Shown here piece by piece: positions 26,425 to 35,063 of a stretch of DNA of 64,000 nucleotides. The notes under the pieces were generated by a model that was given only the letters and a program-made list of their open reading frames with translations, searched no databases and was not told where the DNA came from. Position numbers and translations under genes: made by a program. The first letter of the stretch is position 1. Every line of letters starts with the position of its first letter. Source of the stretch: Chloroflexota bacterium (GTDB taxonomy: Bacteria; Chloroflexota; UBA6077; FW602-bin22; CADDYW01); contig DAOUGO010000151.1 in the NCBI GenBank assembly GCA_034429075.1, positions 2,020-66,019 on the forward strand. Reading direction: 5' to 3'.

Positions 26425-28080
26425 TCACTCGCAGGCGAGGTAGGCCGCGCAGTCGTCCTGCCCCCCGTCCACGACCTCGATAGTCCGGCCCGGCAGGACA
26501 GCCCGGAGACGATCGGCAAGTACACCCACCATCTGCGGGTCAAGCCCCACCCCGTAGTACAGGGTGATGACCTCGCAGTGGTCAGCGCCGAGGCGCGGAA
26601 GCACGCCGATGAGAAGCTCGGCCGGGTCATCCCCTTCCTGGACCGATCCATCCTCCAGTCGGACCGCCCATCGTCCGCGCGATCGGATCAGGGATGCCGT
26701 CGCAACAGACGACCCCGCCTGCTTCATAGCGACAGCGTTCTCGCGTGCTGATCGCGCCGGATTGAAAGCCACCGCGGCAGCGAGGGCACGGACTGGATGC
26801 GCGACAATGATTGTTTCAACTGGCGAGATGGTCGATGCGAGGAGCAACCCGACCGATGGGGGAAGGGGCGTCCGATCGGCCAGGAGGACATATTCCCGCA
26901 TCGGAGATGCGGCGAGAATATCCGCCAGGTCGCTCTCGGACTCGACCACCCGGCCCTCCGGATCGACCACCGCCACCGCGCCGAGGCTCCGGAAGAGACG
27001 CGCGAACCCCATTCCAGAGGCCACAACAACCAGGCCGCAGGAGGACGCCGCGGATTCCCCGTCGTGATCCCCCCGGAAGCGCCGATGCTGCTCGGCCATG
27101 TCTTCGATCTTCACCCGCTCGACTGTGCCGATCCTCGCCCCCAGCGCCACGGCCTCGTCCGGTCGGGCCGTGTGCAGGTGCACCCGTGCCGCAGTCTCAT
27201 CACCGACCACCAGGACCGAACTTCCGAGCGGCCTGAGATACTGGCGGATTGCGACGAGATCAAGATGCCGTCCGCGGATGATGAACTCAGTACAGAAGCC
27301 GTCCGCCTCCGTGTCGCATGGGAGGAGCGCGGGGGGATGGACCGACACGACGCCCGCCACGAGCACAGGAAGCCCGGCGAACGAGCGCCACCAGCCCTCC
27401 AGGATTGTCGCGAGGCCAAGTGCCCCGGCATCGACCACCCCGGCGCGGCGCAGGATCGGGAGGAGTTCTCGCGTCCGCTCCACAGAGGCCATCGCCTCAG
27501 CCGCCGCGGTCTCTAGCACGGCCGCAACCTCTCCTCGCTCCGCACACACAGCCACAGCGCGCGCCACGTCGTCCGCTACAGTCAGGATGGTCCCCGCGGC
27601 TGGCTCATCCACCGCGCCGCAAGCGACATCGCGGGCAGAGATCAGCGCCCGGGCGAGCGTGGGCCCGTCGGCGAGGTCATGAGTTGCAAGGACACCGGCC
27701 ATGCCGCGGAGGTACTGGGAGAGGATCACACCGGAGTTCCCGCGTGCGCCAAGGAGCGCGCCCCGGGCCACGGCCGCCGCGATCGCCCCAATACCCGCCG
27801 CACGCTCGGCCTCAACGGCCTCCACGGCGGCCCGGAGCGTCAGAACCATGTTCGTTCCGGTGTCGCCGTCTGGAACAGGGAAGACATTCAGGGCATTGAG
27901 CTCGTCCAGACGGCTCTCAAGTAGCCGCAGTGCGTCGCGAAGCATCACCCGAAAACACGGGCCGTCGCATCGCTCGCGCGTGGCGAAAGTCACGTATTCC
28001 ACGGGCTCCATCCGGCTCGAGGTGACCGGCGCCCTCGCTCGCTCCCTTGCCATCGACTGCGGCCCGGTGTTATCATGCAA
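26425..28080 (-). CDS. DAK2-domain protein, YloV/FakA-like (fatty acid kinase catalytic subunit).
   Basis: FPVPDGDTGTNMVLTL (Dak2 phosphate-binding motif) and a ~550-aa three-domain layout. The start is uncertain (28080 or ATG 28011). Confidence 0.85.
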   Translation of the reverse strand: MHDNTGPQSMARERARAPVTSSRMEPVEYVTFATRERCDGPCFRVMLRDALRLLESRLDELNALNVFPVPDGDTGTNMVLTLRAAVEAVEAERAAGIGAIAAAVARGALLGARGNSGVILSQYLRGMAGVLATHDLADGPTLARALISARDVACGAVDEPAAGTILTVADDVARAVAVCAERGEVAAVLETAAAEAMASVERTRELLPILRRAGVVDAGALGLATILEGWWRSFAGLPVLVAGVVSVHPPALLPCDTEADGFCTEFIIRGRHLDLVAIRQYLRPLGSSVLVVGDETAARVHLHTARPDEAVALGARIGTVERVKIEDMAEQHRRFRGDHDGESAASSCGLVVVASGMGFARLFRSLGAVAVVDPEGRVVESESDLADILAASPMREYVLLADRTPLPPSVGLLLASTISPVETIIVAHPVRALAAAVAFNPARSARENAVAMKQAGSSVATASLIRSRGRWAVRLEDGSVQEGDDPAELLIGVLPRLGADHCEVITLYYGVGLDPQMVGVLADRLRAVLPGRTIEVVDGGQDDCAAYLACE

Positions 28081-28229
28081 AGCCGATTGTCCAGAGGAAG
28101 CCAGCCAGGTCTCACCGCGCCAGTAAACCCGGGTATTCTACATCCGATAACAAAGGATTCGCCGCGCCGATACGCGGCCCGTTCAGCCAGGCACGGTGAG
28201 ATACACGAACAGGCAGAAGGAGACTCATC

Positions 28230-28433
28230 GTGGCACGACGTTGCGATCTCTGTGGAAAGAAGCCCGCGGCAGGGTATGCCGTCAGCCACTCTCAGCGCCA
28301 CACCAAGCGGCGCTGGCGGCCGAATATCCAGCACGCCACGCTCTTGATCGATGGAACGCCGCGGCGCCTGACCGTTTGCACGCGCTGTCTCCGCACCTAC
28401 CACAAGACTGCGAAGGTGGCGGCGGGAACGTAA
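28230..28433 (+). CDS. rpmB: 50S ribosomal protein L28.
   Basis: ARRCDLCGKKPAAGYAVSHSQRHTKRRWRPNIQ. GTG start preceded by GAAGGAG. Confidence 0.95.
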   Translation: MARRCDLCGKKPAAGYAVSHSQRHTKRRWRPNIQHATLLIDGTPRRLTVCTRCLRTYHKTAKVAAGT

Positions 28434-28530
28434 TCGCTGACTGTGCGGCGCTCCTGGCCCGATCCGTGGTGATTCGACAACGGAACTGCGCCCGAGGTGA
28501 CCGCAATGCGCTCCTGACCGCGGGATGCCT

Positions 28531-29208
28531 CTACTTGCGGGGGTCATTCACCGCGGTCAGGCGGAGTTCCCGCAGACCGGCCTCCACGCCTTTCGGATGG
28601 TGGAACACGGCCGAGCCAGCCACGAGTACCGTCGCCCCCGCCCGGACGATCTCCCCAGCCACGGATGGCGTGACGCCGCCATCAACCGATAGATCGGCCG
28701 GGGAGCCGGCGTCATCAAGCATCCGGCGGATCCGCCGAATCTTCTCCACACTCGAGGGAATGAACTGCTGCCCGCCGAAGCCCGGGCTTACCGACATCAC
28801 CAGGATGATATCGGCCAGGTCAAGCACCGAGTCGAGCAGGAGGGGAGAGCTACCTGGGTTCAGGGCCACGCCGGCCCGGCAGCCCCGGCGGCGGATCTCT
28901 TCGAGATCCCGATACAGGTGCGGGCACGCCTCGACGTGAACCGTAAGGGCATTCGCGCCGCTGGCGACAAATGCATCATAGTAGCGAGACGGGTCCACCA
29001 TCATCAGATGGACATCGAGCGGCAAGTTCGTGGCCTGGCGGATCGCCGCCACGATCATTGGCCCGAAACTGAGATTGGGAACAAACAGACCATCCATGAC
29101 ATCAACGTGTATCTGATCGGCCTCGCCGGCCCGCTCGATCTCCTGGACCTGCTCGGCCAGGCGCCCGAAATCAGCGGCCAGGATCGATGGCGCGAGCTTG
29201 ATCCTCAT
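28531..29208 (-). CDS. rpe: Ribulose-phosphate 3-epimerase.
   Basis: IHVDVMDGLFVPNLSFGP..DVHLMM..MSVSPGFGGQQFI..SVDGG. Confidence 0.95.
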   Translation of the reverse strand: MRIKLAPSILAADFGRLAEQVQEIERAGEADQIHVDVMDGLFVPNLSFGPMIVAAIRQATNLPLDVHLMMVDPSRYYDAFVASGANALTVHVEACPHLYRDLEEIRRRGCRAGVALNPGSSPLLLDSVLDLADIILVMSVSPGFGGQQFIPSSVEKIRRIRRMLDDAGSPADLSVDGGVTPSVAGEIVRAGATVLVAGSAVFHHPKGVEAGLRELRLTAVNDPRK

Positions 29209-30293
29209 GATCCTGTTCCTCCCGACCGGTCATCCGGCAGACTAAATCGGCGGGCCACCTGCCACGGCCAGGCCAGGCCTTCCAGATAGCGAAATGCCCC
29301 TGCAGATGAGAGACGGCGCGCCGCCTGGAACGCGCGCCGCTTGCGCACGGCGCGGGGCAACCCGCGAAGTCCGTCCAGCCGACCGCGAAGACCGGCTAGC
29401 GCAGAGCCGATCGGAGCACCGCGCGCTAGCTCGGCCGCAGCTATCGTGAGCGCGCCCGCGAGATCATACGTTGCGATCGCAGGCAGAAGCCACCAGACCG
29501 CAGGGGACGGGTAATTCTTTGCGATCATCCAGATCTTATTGCGGCCCAGATGATATCGCTTGAAGGGGGAGTTTTCCACTGCGGTCGCTGAATGATCGTG
29601 ATAGACGCGCGCACGCGGCGCATAGCGGCACCGCCAGCCTGCTGTGAGCGCACGCCAGGCCAGATCAACGTCCTCGAGATAGCAGAAGAAATCCTCATCG
29701 AACAGCCCCACATCCTCGAAGAGGGCTCGGCGGTAGAGGGCGGCGCCGCCGCATGGTCCGAATACGTCGACCTCGACGTCAGCCTCGTCAGCCGGATGTC
29801 CAGCGCATCGGTCCCAGGCAATTCCTAACCGGTCCACGCAGATGCCCGCCGAGTCGATCAATGCAGGATTCGAGGCACGGAGCATCTTCGATGCGACCAT
29901 CCCGACACCGGGCTGTTCGATCACGCGAACCATCTCTGCGAGCCAGGCCGGCTCAGCCCGTGCATCGTTGTTGAGGGTCGCGATCAGTGTGCCGCGCGCC
30001 GCCCGAATCCCCGCGTTGCAGCCCCCGGCAAATCCCTGATTGGTCGGCAAGGCGATAACCCGGACCTCTGGAAACCTTTCCCGCACCCACTCCACGGATC
30101 CATCGCTCGACCCGTTATCGACCACGATAACCTCGAAGTGTGGATAGGTCTGGCCGCGGAGACTGGTCAGGCACTCACCCAGGATCGCGCGCCCATTGAG
30201 ATTTGGAATGACGACCGAGACCAGAGGGGCCGATTTGCCCGCGTCGCCGGTCGCCCCGGTGGGGGGTCCTCCAGTCGGCCCACCTCTTCCCAA
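29205..30293 (-). CDS. Glycosyltransferase family 2 (rhamnosyltransferase-like).
   Basis: VSVVIPNLNGRAILGECLTSLRGQTYPHFEVIVVDNGSSDGS..NNDA..YLEDVDLAWR. The stop overlaps the rpe start by 4 nt. The likely start is TTG 30293 (GGAGGAG 9 nt upstream) rather than TTG 30338. Confidence 0.8.
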   Translation of the reverse strand: MGRGGPTGGPPTGATGDAGKSAPLVSVVIPNLNGRAILGECLTSLRGQTYPHFEVIVVDNGSSDGSVEWVRERFPEVRVIALPTNQGFAGGCNAGIRAARGTLIATLNNDARAEPAWLAEMVRVIEQPGVGMVASKMLRASNPALIDSAGICVDRLGIAWDRCAGHPADEADVEVDVFGPCGGAALYRRALFEDVGLFDEDFFCYLEDVDLAWRALTAGWRCRYAPRARVYHDHSATAVENSPFKRYHLGRNKIWMIAKNYPSPAVWWLLPAIATYDLAGALTIAAAELARGAPIGSALAGLRGRLDGLRGLPRAVRKRRAFQAARRLSSAGAFRYLEGLAWPWQVARRFSLPDDRSGGTGS

Positions 30294-30295
30294 CG

Positions 30296-30323
30296 TTGAC
30301 ACCTCCTCCGGGGAGAGTATTAT
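30296..30323 (+). promoter_or_regulatory. Sigma-70-type promoter for the AAA+/VWA operon.
   Basis: TTGACA (30296-30301), a 16-nt spacer, then TATTAT (30318-30323). On the opposite strand the same AT-rich box reads TATAAT (30319-30324) ahead of the divergent GT2 gene. Confidence 0.55.
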
Positions 30324-30422
30324 AGGAACCAGTACCAATGACGCTCCGCACCGGGCATCGCCGCCACCCCATGCCCTTGCCGGTTGGGCTTCGATGAACC
30401 CGCCAGGAGCCAGGAGACAGCG

Positions 30423-31817
30423 ATGACGCTACCGCGCACGATCGGTCAGCTCCGCGAGAGCGGATATGTCGATCGATCCGTCAAGGCGGAGATGCGCCAT
30501 AACCTCATCAAAAAGCTGCAGCGGAACGAAACGATCTTCCCCGGGATCATCGGCTACGAGGAAACAGTCATTCCCCAGATCGAGAGTGCAATCCTCTCTG
30601 GCCACGACCTCGTTCTCCTCGGTGAACGCGGCCAGGCAAAGACCCGCATTGCCCGCAGCCTGGTAAACCTGCTAGACGAGGTGATTCCGGCGATCGCGGG
30701 ATGCGAGATCAACGACAATCCTTTCCACCCGATCTGTGCGGTCTGCCGGGAGAAGGTCGAGACCGAAGGCGATGACGTCGAGATCACCTGGATTCCGCGC
30801 GATCGGCGGTATGGCGAGAAGCTCGCCACTCCAGATATCACGATCGCCGACCTCATCGGCGAGGTCGATCCCATTAAGGTTGCCGAGGGACGCTACCTCT
30901 CTGACGAACTGACCATCCACTACGGGCTGATCCCGCGGACAAATCGCGGCATCTTCTGCATCAATGAGCTCCCCGATCTCGGCGAGCGGATTCAGGTCGG
31001 CCTGCTGAACATTATGGAAGAGCGGGATGTCCAGATCCGCGGCTACAAGATCCGGCTCCCGCTTGACTTATACGTCGTCGCCAGTGCTAACCCGGAGGAC
31101 TATACCAACCGGGGTCGGATCATCACCCCGCTCAAGGACCGCTTCGGGTCCCAGGTCCGGACCCACTACCCGCGCACGATCGAGCATGAGATCGACATTA
31201 TGGAGCAGGAGCGCACGATATTCGCCGATGAAGGATTCCGAACGATCGTGCCCCGCTTCATGAAGGAGATCGTTGCCGAGACAACCCACCTCGCCCGTAA
31301 GAATCCCGATGTGAGCCAGCGCTCCGGCGTCAGCGCACGGGTCTCGATCTGCAACTATGAGAATCTCCTCAGCAGCGCCCTCCGTCGGGCAATTCGGCTG
31401 GGCGAGCAGGAGGTCGCGCCGCGCATCGGAGACCTGGTCGCGCTCATCCCCTCGACCCAGGGCAAGATCGAGCTGGAGACTATCGGCGACGCGCGAGAGG
31501 ATCGCATCGTCGAGAAGCTGGTCCAGGGCGCCGTTCTCAATGTCTTCAATCGCTACTTCAGCGTTGCCGAGTTCGAACCGCTGATCAACCGTTTCGAGCG
31601 CGGCTTCACGGTCGAGATCGGAGATAGTATGCCTTCCGAGCGCTACGTCCGCCTGCTCGGTGAGCTGCCGGAACTCCGGGGAGCGGTGCGCCAGCTCGGG
31701 ACCGAGTCCAGCCCGGCCGCGATCGCCTCGGCGATCGAGTTCGTCCTCGAAGGGCTCCACCTGAACCGCAAGCTAAACAAGGAGCGCACCGCCGGCAAAT
31801 CTCGCTATCGAAGGTGA
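30423..31817 (+). CDS. AAA+ ATPase of the Mg-chelatase ChlI/BchI-like class; partner of the downstream VWA protein.
   Basis: Walker A LLGERGQAKT, Walker B-like GIFCINELPDL, and helix-2-insert-type AAA+ organisation. ATG 30423 is preceded by AGGAGA. Confidence 0.8.
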   Translation: MTLPRTIGQLRESGYVDRSVKAEMRHNLIKKLQRNETIFPGIIGYEETVIPQIESAILSGHDLVLLGERGQAKTRIARSLVNLLDEVIPAIAGCEINDNPFHPICAVCREKVETEGDDVEITWIPRDRRYGEKLATPDITIADLIGEVDPIKVAEGRYLSDELTIHYGLIPRTNRGIFCINELPDLGERIQVGLLNIMEERDVQIRGYKIRLPLDLYVVASANPEDYTNRGRIITPLKDRFGSQVRTHYPRTIEHEIDIMEQERTIFADEGFRTIVPRFMKEIVAETTHLARKNPDVSQRSGVSARVSICNYENLLSSALRRAIRLGEQEVAPRIGDLVALIPSTQGKIELETIGDAREDRIVEKLVQGAVLNVFNRYFSVAEFEPLINRFERGFTVEIGDSMPSERYVRLLGELPELRGAVRQLGTESSPAAIASAIEFVLEGLHLNRKLNKERTAGKSRYRR

Positions 31818-31820
31818 CTC

Positions 31821-33956
31821 ATGTGGTACACCTACTCGCGGTGGGACGGGACCCAGGACGTCTCTCCCTTTACGGCGGATGACGTTCTCGACGCGCTCGC
31901 CGAGGACCTCATCGCCGATGGTGATCTGCAGAGCGCGCTCCACCGCCTGTTCCGCTGGGGAGCCCAGAACCAGGACGGCCAGCGACTTCGCGGCCTCCAG
32001 GATCTCCTGGAGCAGATTCGCGAACGCAAGCAGCGCGAGCTCAGCCGCTATCGGCTGGACTCGCTCATGGATGATCTCAAGAAGCGCCTCGAGTCGGTGA
32101 TCCAGACCGAGCGCGCGGGCATCCAGAAGCGCCTGGAGCAGATTGGTGCCGCACCGCGCGAGGACGCGGCCAGCGGCAAGCAGTCCCATTCCGGTCAGCC
32201 CCAGACTCCGGATCCAGTGCCATCCCGAGAGAGCGACATGCATCCGAATCCCCGGAGACAGGAGGCGTCAGCCGACCGGGGAGCGATGAGTGATGAGCAG
32301 GCGGCGAATCTGCGCCGGGTCGTCGAGTCGATGGCTCGCCGGAAGCTCCAGTTTCTCGATGAACTGCCGCCCGATTTCGCCGGCGCGGTGAAGGCCCTGA
32401 CCGACTATGAGTTCATGGATCCGGAGGCCCAGCGCCAGTTCCAGGAACTCCTGAAGCTCCTGGAACAGCAGATCCTGGGCAGCCGATTCGAGGGGCTCAA
32501 GCAGCAGCTCCAGAGCCTGACCGCGCAGGATCTCCAGCGCCTGCGCGATATGGTCCGGGACCTCAATCGCATGCTCCAGGAGAAACTCCGCGGCGGCAAC
32601 CCAAACTTCCAGGAGTTCATGGAGCGTCACGGCTCTTTCTTCCCTCCGGATATCGAGTCGCTCGATCAGCTCATCGAGCATCTCCAGCGCGGCATCGCCC
32701 AGATGCAGTCCCTCCTCGACAGCATGTCGCCGGAGATGCGTCAGCAGCTTCAGGATCTGATGGACAGCCTGCTCCGCGATGACCGTCTGAAGTGGGATAT
32801 GGCCCAGCTCGCAGCGAATCTCGAGCGGCTGATGCCGGGGCGGCAGTTCCGCAACCGCTACCCCTTCCGGGGGGACGAGTCACTGACCTTCGAAGAGGCC
32901 ATGGAGCTCATGAAGCAGCTCCAGGACCTCGATCAGCTCGAGCGTCAGCTCCGTCGCGCCGGCTCGGCCCAGGCGCTGGACGAGGTGGATCCTGCCGAGG
33001 TCGAGCGTCTGCTCGGCCCTGAGGCGCGCCAGGCGCTCGAGCAGCTTCGACAGCTGGTCCAGATCCTCGAGGATGCGGGGTATGTCCAGCGGACCAGCCA
33101 CGGTCTGGAGCTCACCGCACGGGGCGCCCGACGGATCGGGCAGAAGGCCCTCATGGATATCTTCGGAAAGCTCAAGCGTGACGCCTTCGGGAACCATCCG
33201 GTTGAGGTGCGGGGTGTCGGCGGCGAGCGCACACACGAGAGCAAGCGCTACGAGTTCGGCGATCCTTTCCACCTGGATCTGGAACAAACGATGATGAACT
33301 CCCTGATCCGTGAGGGTCCAGGGCTCCCGCTTCGCCTTCAGCCCGGAGATTTCGAGGTGTACCGGACCGAGCTCAATACCACCTCGGCAACGGTGCTGAT
33401 GGTGGATATGAGCCGCTCGATGATCCTGCGCGGTTGCTTCCAGGCGGCGAAGAAGGTTGCCATTGCGCTCGACAGCCTCATTCGCGGTCAGTACCCGCGT
33501 GATACCCTGTACTTCGTCGTGTTCTCGGATTACGCCCACCAGCTAAAGCCCGAGGAGATTCCGACCGTCGAATGGGATGAGAGCGTCTATGGTACGAACA
33601 TGCACCACGCCTTTATGCTGGCGCGGCGCCTCCTGGCCCGCCACAAGGGTGCAAACAAACAGATCATTATGATCACCGATGGCGAGCCGACTGCTCATCT
33701 GGAAGGCAGCCGGGCGATTTTCTCCTACCCACCGAGCTACCGGACGATCGCCGAGACCCTGAAGGAAGTTGGCCGCTGCACACGGGAACAGATCGTGATC
33801 AACACCTTCATGCTTGAGCGCGGGTACTATCTGGTCGACTTCGTCAACCAGATGACAAAGATCAATCGCGGGCGCGCTTTCTTCTCGACGCCGGATCGCC
33901 TGGGCGAGTATATTCTGGTTGATTACGTAGCGAGCAAGCGCAAGATCATCCGATAG
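31821..33956 (+). CDS. von Willebrand factor A (VWA) domain protein with a long Gln/Glu/Leu-rich coiled-coil N-terminal half.
   Basis: The C-terminal MIDAS motif is VLMVDMSRSM, followed by ITDGEPTA. The N-terminus is MWYTYSRWDGTQDV. The start lies 4 nt after the ATPase stop. Confidence 0.8.
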   Translation: MWYTYSRWDGTQDVSPFTADDVLDALAEDLIADGDLQSALHRLFRWGAQNQDGQRLRGLQDLLEQIRERKQRELSRYRLDSLMDDLKKRLESVIQTERAGIQKRLEQIGAAPREDAASGKQSHSGQPQTPDPVPSRESDMHPNPRRQEASADRGAMSDEQAANLRRVVESMARRKLQFLDELPPDFAGAVKALTDYEFMDPEAQRQFQELLKLLEQQILGSRFEGLKQQLQSLTAQDLQRLRDMVRDLNRMLQEKLRGGNPNFQEFMERHGSFFPPDIESLDQLIEHLQRGIAQMQSLLDSMSPEMRQQLQDLMDSLLRDDRLKWDMAQLAANLERLMPGRQFRNRYPFRGDESLTFEEAMELMKQLQDLDQLERQLRRAGSAQALDEVDPAEVERLLGPEARQALEQLRQLVQILEDAGYVQRTSHGLELTARGARRIGQKALMDIFGKLKRDAFGNHPVEVRGVGGERTHESKRYEFGDPFHLDLEQTMMNSLIREGPGLPLRLQPGDFEVYRTELNTTSATVLMVDMSRSMILRGCFQAAKKVAIALDSLIRGQYPRDTLYFVVFSDYAHQLKPEEIPTVEWDESVYGTNMHHAFMLARRLLARHKGANKQIIMITDGEPTAHLEGSRAIFSYPPSYRTIAETLKEVGRCTREQIVINTFMLERGYYLVDFVNQMTKINRGRAFFSTPDRLGEYILVDYVASKRKIIR

Positions 33957-33995
33957 ATCAATCCTCCACCATCAACACGAACAGGAGAGAACGGG

Positions 33996-34745
33996 GTGAC
34001 ACCAACCGCATCGCGCCCCCTGGAGGGGAAAGTTGCGCTTATCACCGGCGCTGGCACCGGCATTGGCCGCGCCGCAGCCCGCGCCCTGGCCGAGGCCGGC
34101 GCCGCCGTCTCGATCTGCGGACGGCGGCGGGAGCCGCTTGACGAGACTGCGGCCGCGCTTCGCCCTCTCGACGTTCCGGTCCACGTCGCAACCGTGGATG
34201 TCCGCGATCCCGTCGCGGTCGAGCAGTGGGTCACCGAGGCGCGGGATCGCCTCGGACGCATCGACATTCTGGTAAACAGCGCCGGGACGAACACGCCGCA
34301 TCGAAGCTGGGCAGAAACCAGCATCGAAAGCTGGCATGAGATCATCCAGATCAACCTGACCGGGGTCTTCCTGTGCACACGGGCCGTGCTGCCCACAATG
34401 CGTGCCCAGAAGAATGGCCTGATCATCAACGTCGCGTCAATGGCCGGTGTGCACGCCTCGGTCGTCAGCGGCGTTGCCTACTCCGCTTCCAAGTTCGGGG
34501 TCGTCTCCCTCACGCAGTCAACCAACCTCGAGGAGTGGCGCAACGGGATCCGGGCCACGGTCGTCTGCCCTGGTGACGTGAACACGCCGCTCATGGCCAA
34601 ACGGCCGGTTGCCCCGCCCTCCCACGCCTACGCAGAAATGCTCCAACCCGAGGATCTGGGCCAGACAATTCTCTTCCTCGCCACCCTCCCCGCACGGGTT
34701 CTGATCGAGCAGATCCTGCTCCGGCCGACCGTTCGGGAGTACTAA
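33996..34745 (+). CDS. Short-chain dehydrogenase/reductase (SDR).
   Basis: GKVALITGAGTGIGRA (TGxxxGxG), NSAG, and the catalytic YSASKFG (YxxxK). Confidence 0.9.
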   Translation: MTPTASRPLEGKVALITGAGTGIGRAAARALAEAGAAVSICGRRREPLDETAAALRPLDVPVHVATVDVRDPVAVEQWVTEARDRLGRIDILVNSAGTNTPHRSWAETSIESWHEIIQINLTGVFLCTRAVLPTMRAQKNGLIINVASMAGVHASVVSGVAYSASKFGVVSLTQSTNLEEWRNGIRATVVCPGDVNTPLMAKRPVAPPSHAYAEMLQPEDLGQTILFLATLPARVLIEQILLRPTVREY

Positions 34746-34772
34746 GCGTGCCAGACAGCTAAGCGTGCCAGA
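34742..34772. repeat. 17-bp tandem duplication spanning the SDR stop codon.
   Basis: ctaagcgtgccaga-cag-ctaagcgtgccaga-taa. The 14-nt core is identical at 34742-34755 and 34759-34772. Confidence 0.9.
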
Positions 34773-34793
34773 TAATGGCCGCGGTCGTCATGG

Positions 34794-35063
34794 TCACGGC
34801 TGGAGATGATGCGAGGCGCGGTAGCGGTCCAGTGCCTGGCGCGCGAGTGCGCGGGCTTCTTCAAACTCCCACTCGTTGCGGTCGAACGCCAGTGCGTACC
34901 AGTCGGTGACATCCGTGCCGCGAAGAATGCCGCCGAGGATAGTTTGCCCGTGATGCTTCTCGATCTCGCGAATGGTACCCGGCTCAAAGCGCTCGATTGA
35001 CTGGAGGATGGCGACATACTGCCGCTCGGTCCGCTTCCATTCCTGGATCCCCAGTGTTGCCAT
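34794..35063 (-). CDS. Hypothetical small protein (89 aa).
   Basis: MATLGIQEWKRTERQYVAILQSIERFEPGTIREIEKHHGQ.. ATG 35063 is preceded by GAGGGAGAG. GC3 is high and the composition is plausible. I recognise no family. Confidence 0.5.
   Translation of the reverse strand: MATLGIQEWKRTERQYVAILQSIERFEPGTIREIEKHHGQTILGGILRGTDVTDWYALAFDRNEWEFEEARALARQALDRYRASHHLQP

Noticed and set aside
26418-26651. The N-terminal extension of the DegV ORF. Similar extensions occur on the LysM ORF (59160..59357), rsmD (22986..23009), ppdK (48867..48902) and the acidic-tail protein (37317..37442).
   Set aside because: These extensions overlap upstream genes or lack coding character. Internal ATGs with good RBS spacing reproduce the canonical N-termini.
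28081-28229. The divergent region between the DAK2 gene and rpmB, examined for a ribosomal-protein leader or clear promoters.
   Set aside because: I could not identify convincing -35/-10 pairs or a conserved structure by eye. Only the GAAGGAG RBS before the rpmB GTG is clear.
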